NCBI GenBank assembly: GCA_964016885.1
Contig: OZ024740.1
Location: forward strand, 415,586,001-415,650,000
Direction of reading: 5' to 3'
DNA length: 64,000 nt
Source of the DNA: Eledone cirrhosa
Lineage: Eukaryota
How positions within the stretch are numbered: the first letter of the stretch is position 1; every line of letters begins with the position of its first letter. The translations under genes and the position numbers were made by a program. The notes below the pieces were generated by a model. It saw only the letters and a program-made list of their open reading frames with translations. It did not search any database and was not told where the DNA came from. Shown piece after piece: positions 41,601 to 55,900 of the stretch.

Positions 41601-44600
41601 GGATGACAATGAATCAGATATAGTGTGTAAGAGAGAACACTGTGGGTATGGACATATGTCGTGTATGGGGGATGACAATGAATCAGATATAGTGTGTAAG
41701 AGAGAACACTGTGGGTATGGACATATGTTGTGTATGGGGGATGACAGTGAATCAGATATAGAGTGTAAGAGAGAACACTGTGGGTATGTACATATGTTGT
41801 GTATGGGGGATGACAGTAATTCAGATATAGAGTGTAAGAGAGAACACTGTGGGTATGGACATATGTTGTGTATGGGGGATGACAGTAAATCAGATATAGA
41901 GTGTAAGAGAGAACACTGTGGGTATGGACATATGTTGTGTATGGGGGATGACAGTGAATCAGATATAGTGTGTAAGAGAGAACACTGTGGGTATGGACAT
42001 ATGTTGTGTATGGGGGAAGACAGTGAATCAGATATAGTGTGTAAGAGAGAACACTGTGGGTATGGACATATGTTGTGTATGGGGGATGACAGTGAATCAG
42101 ATATAGTGTGTAAGAGAGAACACTGTGGGTATGGACATATGTTGTGTATGGGGGAAGACAGTGAATCAGATATAGTGTGTAAGAGAGAACACTGTGGGTA
42201 TGGACATATGTTGTGTATGGGGGAAGACAGTGAATCAGATATAGTGTGTAAGAGAGAACACTGTGGGTATGGACATATGTTGTGTATGGGGTATGACAGT
42301 GAATCAGATATAGAGTGTAAGAGAGAACACTGTGGGTATGGGCATATGTTGTGTATGGGGGATGACAGTGAATCAGATATAGTGTGTAAGAGAGAACACT
42401 GTGGGTATGGACATATGTTGTGTATGGGGGATGACAGTGAATCAGATATAGTGTGTAAGAGAGAACACTGTCGGTATGGACATATGTTGTGTATGGGGGA
42501 AGACAGTGAATCAGATATAGTGTGTAAGAGAGAACACTGTGGGTATGGACATATGTTGTGTATGGGGGAAGACAGTGAATCAGATATAGTGTGTAAGAGA
42601 GAACACTGTGGGTATGGACATATGTTGTGTATGGGGGATGACAGTGAATCAGATATAGAGTGTAAGAGAGAACACTGTGGGTATGGACATATGTTGTGTA
42701 TGGGGGATGACAGTGAATCAGATATAGTGTGTAAGAGAGAACACTGTGGGTATGGACATATGTTGTGTATGGGGGATGACAGTGAATCAGATATAGTGTG
42801 TAAGAGAGAATACTGTGGGTATGGACATATGTTGTGTATGGGGGATGACAGTAAATCAGATATAGAGTGTAAGAGAGAACACTGTGGGTATGGACATATG
42901 TTGTGTATGGGGATGACAGTGAATAAGATATAGTGTGTAAGAGAGAACACTGTGGGGATGGACATATGTTGTGTATGGGGGATGACAGTGAATCAGATAT
43001 AGTGTGTAAGAGAGAACACTGTGGGTATGGACATATGTTGTGTATGGGGGATGACAGTGAATCAGATATAGTATGTAAGAGAGAACACTGTGGGTTTGGA
43101 CATATGTTGTGTATGGGGGATGACAGTGAATCAGATATAGTGTGTAAGAGAGAAAACTGTGGGTATGGACATATGTTGTGTATGGGGGATGACAGTGAAT
43201 CAGATATAGTGTGTAAGAGAGAACACTGTGGGTATGGACATATGTTGTGTATGGGGGAAGACAGTGAATCAGATATAGTGTGTAAGAGTGAACACTGTCG
43301 GTATGGACATATGTTGTGTATGGGGGAAGACAGTGAATCATATATAGAGTGTAAGAGAGAACACTGTGGGTATGGACATATGTTGTGTATGGGGGATGAC
43401 AGTGAATCAGATATAGAGTGTAAGAGAGAACACTGTGGGTATGGACATATGTTGTGTATGGGGGATGACAGTGAATCAGATATTGTGTGTAAGAGAGAAC
43501 ACTGTGGGTATGGACATATGTTGTGTATGGGCATGACAGTGAATCAGATATAGTATGTAAGAGAGAACACTGTGGCTATGGAGATATGTTGTGTATGGGG
43601 GATGACAGTAAATCAGATATAGAGTGTAAGAGAGAACACTGTGGGTATGGACATATGTTGTGTATGGGGGATGACAGTCAATCAGATATTGTGTGTAAGA
43701 GAGAACACTGTGGGTATGGACATATGTTGTGTATGGGGGATGACAGTGAATCAGATATAGTATGTACGAGAGAACACTGTGGGTATGGACATATGTTGTG
43801 TATGGGGGATGACAGTAAATCAGATATAGAGTGTAAGAGAGAACACTGTGGGTATGTACATATGTTGTGTATGGGGGATGACAGTAATTCAGATATAGAG
43901 TGTAAGAGAGAACACTGTGGGTATGGACATATGTTGTGTATGGGGGATGACAGTGAATAAGATATAGTGTGTAAGAGAGAACACTGTGGGTATGGACATA
44001 TGTTGTGTATGGGGTATGACAGTGAATCAGATATAGTGTGTAAGAGAGAACACTGTGGGTATGGACATATGTTGTGTATGGGGGATGAGAGTAAATCAGA
44101 TATAGAGTGTAAGAGAGAACACTGTGGGTATGTACATATGTTGTGTATGGGGGATGACAGTAATTCAGATATAGAGTGTAAGAGAGAACACTGTGGGTAT
44201 GGACATATGTTGTGTATGGGGGATGACAGTGAATCAGATATAGTGTGTAAGAGAGAACACTGTGGGTATGGACATATGTTGTGTATGGGGGATGACAGTG
44301 AATCAGATATAGTATGTAAGAGAGAACACTGTGGGTTTGGACATATGTTGTGTATGGGGGATGACAGTGAATCAGATATAGTGTGTAAGAGAGAAAACTG
44401 TGGGTATGGACATATGTTGTGTATGGGGGATGACAGTGAATCAGATATAGTGTGTAAGAGAGAACACTGTGGGTATGGACATATGTTGTGTATGGGGGAA
44501 GACAGTGAATCAGATATAGTGTGTAAGAGTGAACACTGTCGGTATGGACATATGTTGTGTATGGGGGAAGACAGTGAATCATATATAGAGTGTAAGAGAG

Positions 44601-47600
44601 AACACTGTGGGTATGGACATATGTTGTGTATGGGGGATGACAGTGGATCAGATATAGAGTGTAAGAGAGAACACTGTGGGTATGGACATATGTTGTGTAT
44701 GGGGGATGACAGTGAATCAGATATTGTGTGTAAGAGAGAACACTGTGGGTATGGACATATGTTGTGTATGGGCATGACAGTGAATCAGATATAGTATGTA
44801 AGAGAGAACACTGTGGCTATGGAGATATGTTGTGTATGGGGGATGACAGTAAATCAGATATAGAGTGTAAGAGAGAACACTGTGGGTATGGACATATGTT
44901 GTGTATGGGGGATGACAGTCAATCAGATATTGTGTGTAAGAGAGAACACTGTGGGTATGGACATATGTTGTGTATGGGGGATGACAGTGAATCAGATATA
45001 GTATGTACGAGAGAACACTGTGGGTATGGACATATGTTGTGTATGGGGGATGACAGTAAATCAGATATAGAGTGTAAGAGAGAACACTGTGGGTATGTAC
45101 ATATGTTGTGTATGGGGGATGACAGTAATTCAGATATAGAGTGTAAGAGAGAACACTGTGGGTATGGACATATGTTGTGTATGGGGGATGACAGTGAATA
45201 AGATATAGTGTGTAAGAGAGAACACTGTGGGTATGGACATATGTTGTGTATGGGGTATGACAGTGAATCAGATATAGTGTGTAAGAGAGAACACTGTGGG
45301 TATGGACATATGTTGTGTATGGGGGATGAGAGTAAATCAGATATAGAGTGTAAGAGAGAACACTGTGGGTATGTACATATGTTGTGTATGGGGGATGACA
45401 GTAATTCAGATATAGAGTGTAAGAGAGAACACTGTGGGTATGGACATATGTTGTGTATGGGGGATGACAGTGAATCAGATATAGTGTGTAAGAGAGAACA
45501 CTGTGGGTATGGACATATGTTGTGCCTGGTGGATGACAGTGAATCAGATATAGTGTGTAAGAGAGAACACTGTGGGTATGGACATATGTTGTGTATGGGG
45601 GATGAGAGTAAATCAGATATAGAGTGTAAGAGAGAACACTGTGGGTATGTACATATGTTGTGTATGGGGGATCACAGTAATTCAGATATAGAGTGTAAGA
45701 GAGAACACTGTGGGTATGGACATATGTTGTGTATGGGGGATGACAGTGAATCAGATATAGTGTGTAAGAGAGAACACTGTGGGTATGGACATATGTTGTG
45801 TATGGGGGATGACAGTGAATCAGATATAGTGTGTAAGAGAGAACACTGTGGGTATGGACATATGTTGTGTATGGGGGATGAGAGTAAATCAGATATAGAG
45901 TGTAAGAGAGAACACTGTGGGTATGGACATATGTTGTGTATGGGGGATGACAGTGAATCAGATATAGTGTGTAAGAGAGAACACTGTGGGTATGTACATA
46001 TGTTGTGTATGGGGGATGACAGTAATTCAGATATAGAGTGTAAGAGAGAACACTGTTGGTATGGACATATGTTGTGTATGGGGGATGACAGTGAATCAGA
46101 TATAGTGTGTAAGAGAGAATACTGTGGGTATGGACATATGTTGTGGATGGGGGATGACAGTAAATCAGATATAGAGTGTAAGAGAGAACACTGTGGGTAT
46201 GGACATATGTTGTGTATGGGGATGACAGTGAATAAGATACAGTGTGTAAGAGAGAACACTGTGGGGATGGACATATGTTGTGTATGGGGGATGACAGTGA
46301 ATCAGATATAGTGTGTAAGAGAGAACACTGTGGGTATGGACATATGTTGTGTATGGGGGATGACAATGAATCAGATATAGTGTGTAAGAGAGAACACTGT
46401 GGGTATGGACATATGTCGTGTATGGGGGATGACAATGAATCAGATATAGTGTGTAAGAGAGAACACTGTGGGTATGGACATATGTTGTGTATGGGGGATG
46501 ACAGTGAATCAGATATAGAGTGTAAGAGAGAACACTGTGGGTATGTACATATGTTGTGTATGGGGGATGACAGTAATTCAGATATAGAGTGTAAGAGAGA
46601 ACACTGTGGGTATGGACATATGTTGTGTATGGGGGATGACAGTAAATCAGATATAGAGTGTAAGAGAGAACACTGTGGGTATGGACATATGTTGTGTATG
46701 GGGGATGACAGTGAATCAGATATAGTGTGTAAGAGAGAACACTGTGGGTATGGACATATGTTGTGTATGGGGGAAGACAGTGAATCAGATATAGTGTGTA
46801 AGAGAGAACACTGTGGGTATGGACATATGTTGTGTATGGGGGATGACAGTGAATCAGATATAGTGTGTAAGAGAGAACACTGTGGGTATGGACATATGTT
46901 GTGTATGGGGGAAGACAGTGAATCAGATATAGTGTGTAAGAGAGAACACTGTGGGTATGGACATATGTTGTGTATGGGGGAAGACAGTGAATCAGATATA
47001 GTGTGTAAGAGAGAACACTGTGGGTATGGACATATGTTGTGTATGGGGGATGACAGTGAATCAGATATAGAGTGTAAGAGAGAACACTGTGGGTATGGAC
47101 ATATGTTGTGTATGGGGGATGACAGTGAATCAGATATAGTGTGTAAGAGAGAACACTGTGGGTATGGACATATGTTGTGTATGGGGGATGACAGTGAATC
47201 AGATATAGTGTGTAAGAGAGAACACTGTCGGTATGGACATATGTTGTGTATGGGGGAAGACAGTGAATCAGATATAGTGTGTAAGAGAGAACACTGTGGG
47301 TATGGACATATGTTGTGTATGGGGGAAGACAGTGAATCAGATATAGTGTGTAAGAGAGAACACTGTGGGTATGGACATATGTTGTGTATGGGGGATGACA
47401 GTGAATCAGATATAGAGTGTAAGAGAGAACACTGTGGGTATGGACATATGTTGTGTATGGGGGATGACAGTGAATCAGATATAGTGTGTAAGAGAGAACA
47501 CTGTGGGTATGGACATATGTTGTGTATGGGGGATGACAGTGAATCAGATATAGTGTGTAAGAGAGAATACTGTGGGTATGGACATATGTTGTGTATGGGG

Positions 47601-48320
47601 GATGACAGTAAATCAGATATAGAGTGTAAGAGAGAACACTGTGGGTATGGACATATGTTGTGTATGGGGATGACAGTGAATAAGATATAGTGTGTAAGAG
47701 AGAACACTGTGGGGATGGACATATGTTGTGTATGGGGGATGACAGTGAATCAGATATAGTGTGTAAGAGAGAACACTGTGGGTATGGACATATGTTGTGT
47801 ATGGGGGATGACAGTGAATCAGATATAGTATGTAAGAGAGAACACTGTGGGTTTGGACATATGTTGTGTATGGGAGATGACAGTGAATCAGATATAGTGT
47901 GTAAGAGAGAAAACTGTGGGTATGGACATATGTTGTGTATGGGGGATGACAGTGAATCAGATATAGTGTGTAAGAGAGAACACTGTGGGTATGGACATAT
48001 GTTGTGTATGGGGGAAGACAGTGAATCAGATATAGTGTGTAAGAGTGAACACTGTCGGTATGGACATATGTTGTGTATGGGGGAAGACAGTGAATCATAT
48101 ATAGAGTGTAAGAGAGAACACTGTGGGTATGGACATATGTTGTGTATGGGGGATGACAGTGAATCAGATATAGAGTGTAAGAGAGAACACTGTGGGTATG
48201 GACATATGTTGTGTATGGGGGATGACAATGAATCAGATATTGTGTGCAAGAGAGAACACTGTGGGTATGGACATATGTTGTGTATGGGCATGACAGTGAA
48301 TCAGATATAGTATGTAAGAG
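39600..48320. repeat. Tandem duplication, offset 4757 bp (69 monomers)
   Basis: Pairs 40007/44764, 40451/45208, 41485/46242 and 42933/47690 are all offset 4757. A shared rare TGTTGG variant lies at ~41297 and ~46054. Confidence 0.9.
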
Positions 48321-51300
48321 AGAACACTGTGGCTATGGACATATGTTGTGTATGGGGGATGACAGTAAATCAGATATAGAGTGTAAGAGAGAACACTGTG
48401 GGTATGGTCATATGTTGTGTATGGGGGATGACAGTCAATCAGATATTGTGTGTAAGAGAGAACACTGTGGGTATGGACATATGTTGTGTATGGGGGATGA
48501 CAGTGAATCAGATATAGTATGTACGAGAGAACACTGTGGGTATGGACATATGTTGTGTATGGGGGATGACAGTAAATCAGATATAGAGTGTAAGAGAGAA
48601 CACTGTGGGTATGTACATATGTTGTGTATGGGGGATGACAGTAATTCAGATATAGAGTGTAAGAGAGAACACTGTGGGTATGGACATATGTTGTGTATGG
48701 GGGATGACAGTGAATCAGATATAGTGTGTAAGAGAGAACACTGTGGGTATGGACATATGTTGTGTATGGGGTATGACAGTGAATCAGATATAGTGTGTAA
48801 GAGAGAACACTGTGGGTATGGACATATGTTGTGTATGGGGGATGACAGTGAATCAGATATAGTGTGTAAGAGAGAACACTGTGGGTATGGACATATGTTG
48901 TGTATGGGGGATGACAGTGAATCAGATATAGTGTGTAAGAGAGAACACTGTGGGTATGGACATATGTTGTGCCTGGTGGATGACAGTGAATCAGATATAG
49001 TGTGTAAGAGAGAACACTGTGGGTATGGACATATGTTGTGCCTGGTGGATGACAGTGAATCAGATATAGTGTGTAAGAGAGAACACTGTGGGTATGGACA
49101 TATGTTGTGTATGGGGGATGACAATGAATCAGATATAGTGTGTAAGAGAGAACACTGTGGGTATGGACATATGTTGTGTATGGGGGATGAGAGTGAATCA
49201 GATATAGTGTGTAAGAGAGAACACTGTGGGTATGGACATATGTTGTGTATGGGGGATGACAATGAATCAGATATAGTGTGTAAGAGAGAACACTGTGGGT
49301 ATGGACATATGTTGTGCCTGGTGGATGACAGTGAATAAGATATAGTGTGTAAGAGAGAACACTGTGGGTATGGACATATGTTGTGTATGGGGGATGACAG
49401 TGAATCAGATATAGAGTGTAAGAGAGAACACTGTGGGTATGGACATATGTTGTGTATGGGGGATGAGAGTAAATCAGATATAGAGTGTAAGAGAGAACAC
49501 TGTGGGTATGTACATATGTTGTGTATGGGGGATGACAGTAATTCAGATATAGAGTGTAAGAGAGAACACTGTGGGTATGGACATATGTTGTGTATGGGGG
49601 ATGACAGTGAATCAGATATAGTGTGTAAGAGAGAACACTGTGGGTATGGACATATGTTGTGCCTGGTGGATGACAGTGAATCAGATATAGTGTGTAAGAG
49701 AGAACACTGTGGGTATGGACATATGTTGTGTATGGGGGATGAGAGTTAATCAGATATAGAGTGTAAGAGAGAACACTGTGGGTATGTACATATGTTGTGT
49801 ATGGGGGATGACAGTAATTCAGATATAGAGTGTAAGAGAGAACACTGTGGGTATGGACATATGTTGTGTATGGGGGATGACAGTGAATCAGATATAGTGT
49901 GTAAGAGAGAATACTGTGGGTATGGACATATGTTGTGTATGGGGGATGACAGTAAATCAGATATAGAGTGTAAGAGAGAACACTGTGGGTATGGACATAT
50001 GTTGTGTATGGGGATGACAGTGAATAAGATATAGTGTGTAAGAGAGAACACTGTGGGGATGGACATATGTTGTGTATGGGGGATGACAGTGAATCAGATA
50101 TAGTGTGTAAGAGAGAACACTGTGGGTATGGACATATGTTGTGTATGGGGGATGACAATGAATCAGATATAGTGTGTAAGAGAGAACAATGTGGGTATGG
50201 ACATATGTCGTGTATGGGGGATGACAGTGAATTAGATATAGTGTGTAAGAGAGAACACTGTGGGTATGGACATATGTTGTGTGTGGGGGATGACAATGAA
50301 TCAGATATAGTGTGTAAGAGGGAACACTGTGGGTATGGACATATGTTGTGTATGGGGGATGACAGTAAATCAGATATAGAGTGTAAGAGAGAACACTGTG
50401 GGTATGTACATATGTTGTGTATGGGGGATGACAGTAATTCAGATATAGAGTGTAAGAGAGAACACTGTGGGTATGGACATATGTTGTGTATGGGGGATGA
50501 CAGTAAATCAGATATAGAGTGTAAGAGAGAACACTAGGTATGGATATATGTTGTGTATGGGGGATGACAGTGAATCAGATATAGTGTGTAAGCGAGAACA
50601 CTGTGGGTATGGACATATGTTGTGTATGGGGGAAGACAGTGAATCAGATATAGTGTGTAAGAGAGAACACTGTGGGTATGGACATATGTTGTGTATGGGG
50701 GATGACAGTGAATCAGATATAGTGTGTAAGAGAGAACACTGTGGGTATGGACATATGTTGTGTATGGGGGATGACAGTGAATCAGATATAGTGTGTAAGA
50801 GAGAACACTCTGGGTATGGACATATGTTGTGTATGGGGGAAGACAGTGAATCAGATATAGTGTGTAAGAGAGAACACTGTGGGTATGGACATATGTTGTG
50901 TATGGGGGATGACAGTGAATCAGATATAGAGTGTAAGAGAGAACACTGTGGGTATGGACATATGTTGTGTATGGGGGATGACAGTGAATCAGATATAGTG
51001 TGTAAGAGAGAACACTGTGGGTATGGACATATGTTGTGTATGGGGGATGACAGTGAATCAGATATAGTGTGTAAGAGAGAACACTCTGGGTATGGACATA
51101 TGTTGTGTATGGGGGATGACAGTGAATCAGATATAGTGTGTAAGAGAGAATACTGTGGGTATGGACATATGTTGTGTATGGGGGATGACAGTAAATCAGA
51201 TATAGAGTGTAAGAGAGAACACTGTGGGTATGGACATATGTTGTGTATGGGGATGACAGTGAATAAGATATAGTGTGTAAGAGAGAACACTGTGGGGATG

Positions 51301-52700
51301 GACATATGTTGTGTATGGGGGATGACAGTGAATCAGATATAGTGTGTAAGAGAGAACACTGTGGGTATGGACATATGTTGTGTATGGGGGATGACAGTGA
51401 ATCAGATATAGTATGTAAGAGAGAACACTGTGGGTTTGGACATATGTTGTGTATGGGGGATGACAGTGAATCAGATATAGTGTGTAAGAGAGAAGACTGT
51501 GGGTATGGACATATGTTGTGTATGGGGGATGACAGTGAATCAGATATAGTGTGTAAGAGAGAACACTGTGGGTATGGACATATGTTGTGTATGGGGGAAG
51601 ACAGTGAATCAGATATAGTGTGTAAGAGTGAACACTGTCGGTATGGACATATGTTGTGTATGGGGGAAGACAGTGAATCATATATAGAGTGTAAGAGAGA
51701 ACACTGTGGGTATGGACATATGTTGTGTATGGGGGATGACAGTGAATCAGATATAGAGTGTAAGAGAGAACACTGTGGGTATGGACATATGTTGTGTATG
51801 GGGGATGACAGTGAATCAGATATTGTGTGTAAGAGAGAACACTGTGGGTATGGACATATGTTGTGTATGGGCATGACAGTGAATCAGATATAGTATGTAA
51901 GAGAGAACACTGTGGCTATGGAGATATGTTGTGTATGGGGGATGACAGTAAATCAGATATAGAGTGTAAGAGAGAACACTGTGGGTATGGACATATGTTG
52001 TGTATGGGGGATGACAGTCAATCAGATATTGTGTGTAAGAGAGAACACTGTGGGTATGGACATATGTTGTGTATGGGGGATGACAGTGAATCAGATATAG
52101 TATGTACGAGAGAACACTGTGGGTATGGACATATGTTGTGTATGGGGGATGACAGTAAATCAGATATAGAGTGTAAGAGAGAACACTGTGGGTATGTACA
52201 TATGTTGTGTATGGGGGATGACAGTAATTCAGATATAGAGTGTAAGAGAGAACACTGTGGGTATGGACATATGTTGTGTATGGGGGATGACAGTGAATAA
52301 GATATAGTGTGTAAGAGAGAACACTGTGGGTATGGACATATGTTGTGTATGGGGTATGACAGTGAATCAGATATAGTGTGTAAGAGAGAACACTGTGGGT
52401 ATGGACATATATTGTGTATGGGGGATGAGAGTAAATCAGATATAGAGTGTAAGAGAGAACACTGTGGGTATGTACATATGTTGTGTATGGGGGATGACAG
52501 TAATTCAGATATAGAGTGTAAGAGAGAACACTGTGGGTATGGACATATGTTGTGTATGGGGGATGACAGTGAATCAGATATAGTGTGTAAGAGAGAACAC
52601 TGTGGGTATGGACATATGTTGTGCCTGGTGGATGACAGTGAATCAGATATAGTGTGTAAGAGAGAACACTGTGGGTATGGACATATGTTGTGTATGGGGG
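47600..52700. repeat. Copy of the ~30.5-35.5 kb block at offset 17094/17163 bp
   Basis: Pairs 30596/47690, 32251/49345, 32940/50034, 33454/50548 and 34179/51273 are offset 17094, and 34700/51863 is offset 17163. This copy carries several private substitutions. Confidence 0.85.
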
Positions 52701-52949
52701 ATGAGAGTAAATCAGATATAGAGTGTAAGAGAGAACACTGTGGGTATGTACATATGTTGTGTATGGGGGATGACAGTAATTCAGATATAGAGTGTAAGAG
52801 AGAACACTGTGGGTATGGACATATGTTGTGTATGGGGGATGACAGTGAATCAGATATAGTGTGTAAGAGAGAACACTGTGGGTATGGACATATGTTGTGC
52901 CTGGTGGATGACAGTGAATCAGATATAGTGTGTAAGAGAGAACACTGTG

Positions 52950-55900
52950 GGTATGGACATATGTTGTGTATGGGGGATGAGAGTAAATCAGATATAGAGT
53001 GTAAGAGAGAACACTGTGGGTATGTACATATGTTGTGTATGGGGGATGACAGTAATTCAGATATAGAGTGTAAGAGAGAACACTGTGGGTATGGACATAT
53101 GTTGTGTATGGGGGATGACAGTGAATCAGATATAGTGTGTAAGAGAGAATACTGTGGGTATGGACATATTTTGTGTATGGGGGATGACAGTAAATCAGAT
53201 ATAGAGTGTAAGAGAGAACACTGTGGGTATGGACATATGTTGTGTATGGGGATGACAGTGAATAAGATATAGTGTGTAAGAGAGAACACTGTGGGGATGG
53301 ACATATGTTGTGTATGGGGGATGACAGTGAATCAGATATAGTGTGTAAGAGAGAACACTGTGGGTATGGACATATGTCGTGTATGGGGGATGACAGTGAA
53401 TCAGATATAGTGTGTAAGAGAGAACACTGTGGGTATGGACATATGTTGTGTATGGGGGATGACAATGAATAAGATATAGTGTGTAAGAGAGAACACTGTG
53501 GGGATGGACATATGTTGTGTATGGGGGATGACAGTGAATCAGATATAGTGTGTAAGAGAGAACACTGTGGGTATGGACATATGTCGTGTATGGGGGATGA
53601 CAGTGAATCAGATATAGTGTGTAAGAGAGAACACTGTGGGTATGGACATATGTTGTGTATGGGGAATGACAATGAATCAGATATAGTGTGTAAGAGAGAA
53701 CACTGTGGGTATGGACATATGTTGTGTATGGGGGATGACAGTAAATCAGATATAGAGTGTAAGAGAGAACACTGTGGGTATGTACATATGTTGTGTATGG
53801 GGGATGACAGTAATTCAGATATAGAGTGTAAGAGAGAACACTGTGGGTATGGACATATGTTGTGTATGGGGGATGACAGTAAATCAGATATAGAGTGTAA
53901 GAGAGAACACTGGGTATGGATATATGTTGTGTATGGGGTATGACAGTGAATCAGATATAGTGTGTAAGCGAGAACACTGTGGGTATGGACATATGTTGTG
54001 TATGGGGGAAGACAGTGAATCAGATATAGTGTGTAAGAGAGAACACTGTGGGTATGGACATATGTTGTGTATGGGGGATGACAGTGAATCAGATATAGTG
54101 TGTAAGAGAGAACACTGTGGGTATGGACATATGTTGTGTATGGGGGATGACAGTGAATCAGATATAGTGTGTAAGAGAGAACACTCTGGGTATGGACATA
54201 TGTTGTGTATGGGGGAAGACAGTGAATCAGATATAGTGTGTAAGAGAGAACACTGTGGGTATGGACATATGTTGTGTATGGGGGATGACAGTGAATCAGA
54301 TATAGAGTGTAAGAGAGAACACTGTGGGTATGGACATATGTTGTGTATGGGGGATGACAGTGAATCAGATATAGTGTGTAAGAGAGAACACTGTGGGTAT
54401 GGACATATGTTGTGTATGGGGGATGACAGTGAATCAGATATAGTGTGTAAGAGAGAACACTCTGGGTATGGACATATGTTGTGTATGGGGGATGACAGTT
54501 AATCAGATATAGTGTGTAAGAGAGAACACTGTGGGTATGGACATATATTGTGTATGAGGGATGACAGTGAATCAGATATAGTGTGTAAGAGAGAACACTG
54601 TGGGTATGGACATATGTTGTGTATGGGGCATGACAGGGAATCAGATATAGTGTGTAAGAGAGAACACTGTGGGTATGGACATATGTTGTGTATGGGGGAA
54701 GACAGTGAATCAGATATAGTGTGTAAGAGAGAACACTGTGGGTATGGACATATGTTGTGTATGGGGGATGACAGTGAATCAGATATAGAGTGTAAGAGAG
54801 AACACTGTGGGTATGGACATATGTTGTGTATGGGGGATGACAGTGAATCAGATATAGTGTGTAAGAGAGAACACTGTGGGTATGGACATATGTTGTGTAT
54901 GGGGGATGACAGTGAATCAGATATAGTGTGTAAGAGAGAACACTCTGGGTATGGACATATGTTGTGTATGGGGGATGACAGTTAATCAGATATAGTGTGT
55001 AAGAGAGAACACTGTGGGTATGGATATATATTGTGTATGAGGGATGACAGTGAATCAGATATAGTGTGTAAGAGAGAACACTGTGGGTATGGACATATGT
55101 TGTGTATGGGGGATGACAGGGAATCAGATATAGTGTGTAAGAGAGAACACTGTGGGTATGGACATATGTTGTGTATGGGGGATGACAGTGAATCAGATAT
55201 AGTGTGTAAGAGAGAACACTGTGGGTATGGACATATGTTGTGTATGGGGGATGACAGTGAATCAGATATAGAGTGTAAGAGAGAACACTGTGGGTATGGA
55301 CATATGTTGTGTATGGGAGATGACAGTAAATAAGTTATAGTGTGTAAGAGAGAACACTGAGGGTATGGACATATGTTGTGTATGGGGGATGACAGTAAAT
55401 CAGATATAGTGTGTAAGAGACAACACTGTGGGTATGGACATATGTTGTGTATGGTGGTTGACAGTGAATCAGATATAGTGTGTAAGAGAGAACACTGTGG
55501 CTATGGACATATGTTGTGTAAGGTGGTTGACAGTGAATCAGATATAGTGTGTAAGAGAGAACACTGTGGGTATGGACATATGTTGTGTATGGGGGATGAC
55601 AGTCAATCAGATATAGAGTGTAAGGAGAACACTGTAGGTATGGACATATGTTGTGTATGGGGGATGACAGTAAATCAGATATAGTGTGTAAGAGAGATCA
55701 CTGTGGGTATGGACATATGTTGTGTATGGGGGATGACAGTGAATCAAATATAGTGTGTAAGAGAGAACACTGTGGGTATGGACATATGTTGTATATGGGG
55801 GACGACAGTGAATCAGATATAGTGTGTAAGAGAGAACACTGTGGGTATGGACATATGTTGTGTATGGGGGATGACAGTGAATCAAATATAGTGTGTAAGA

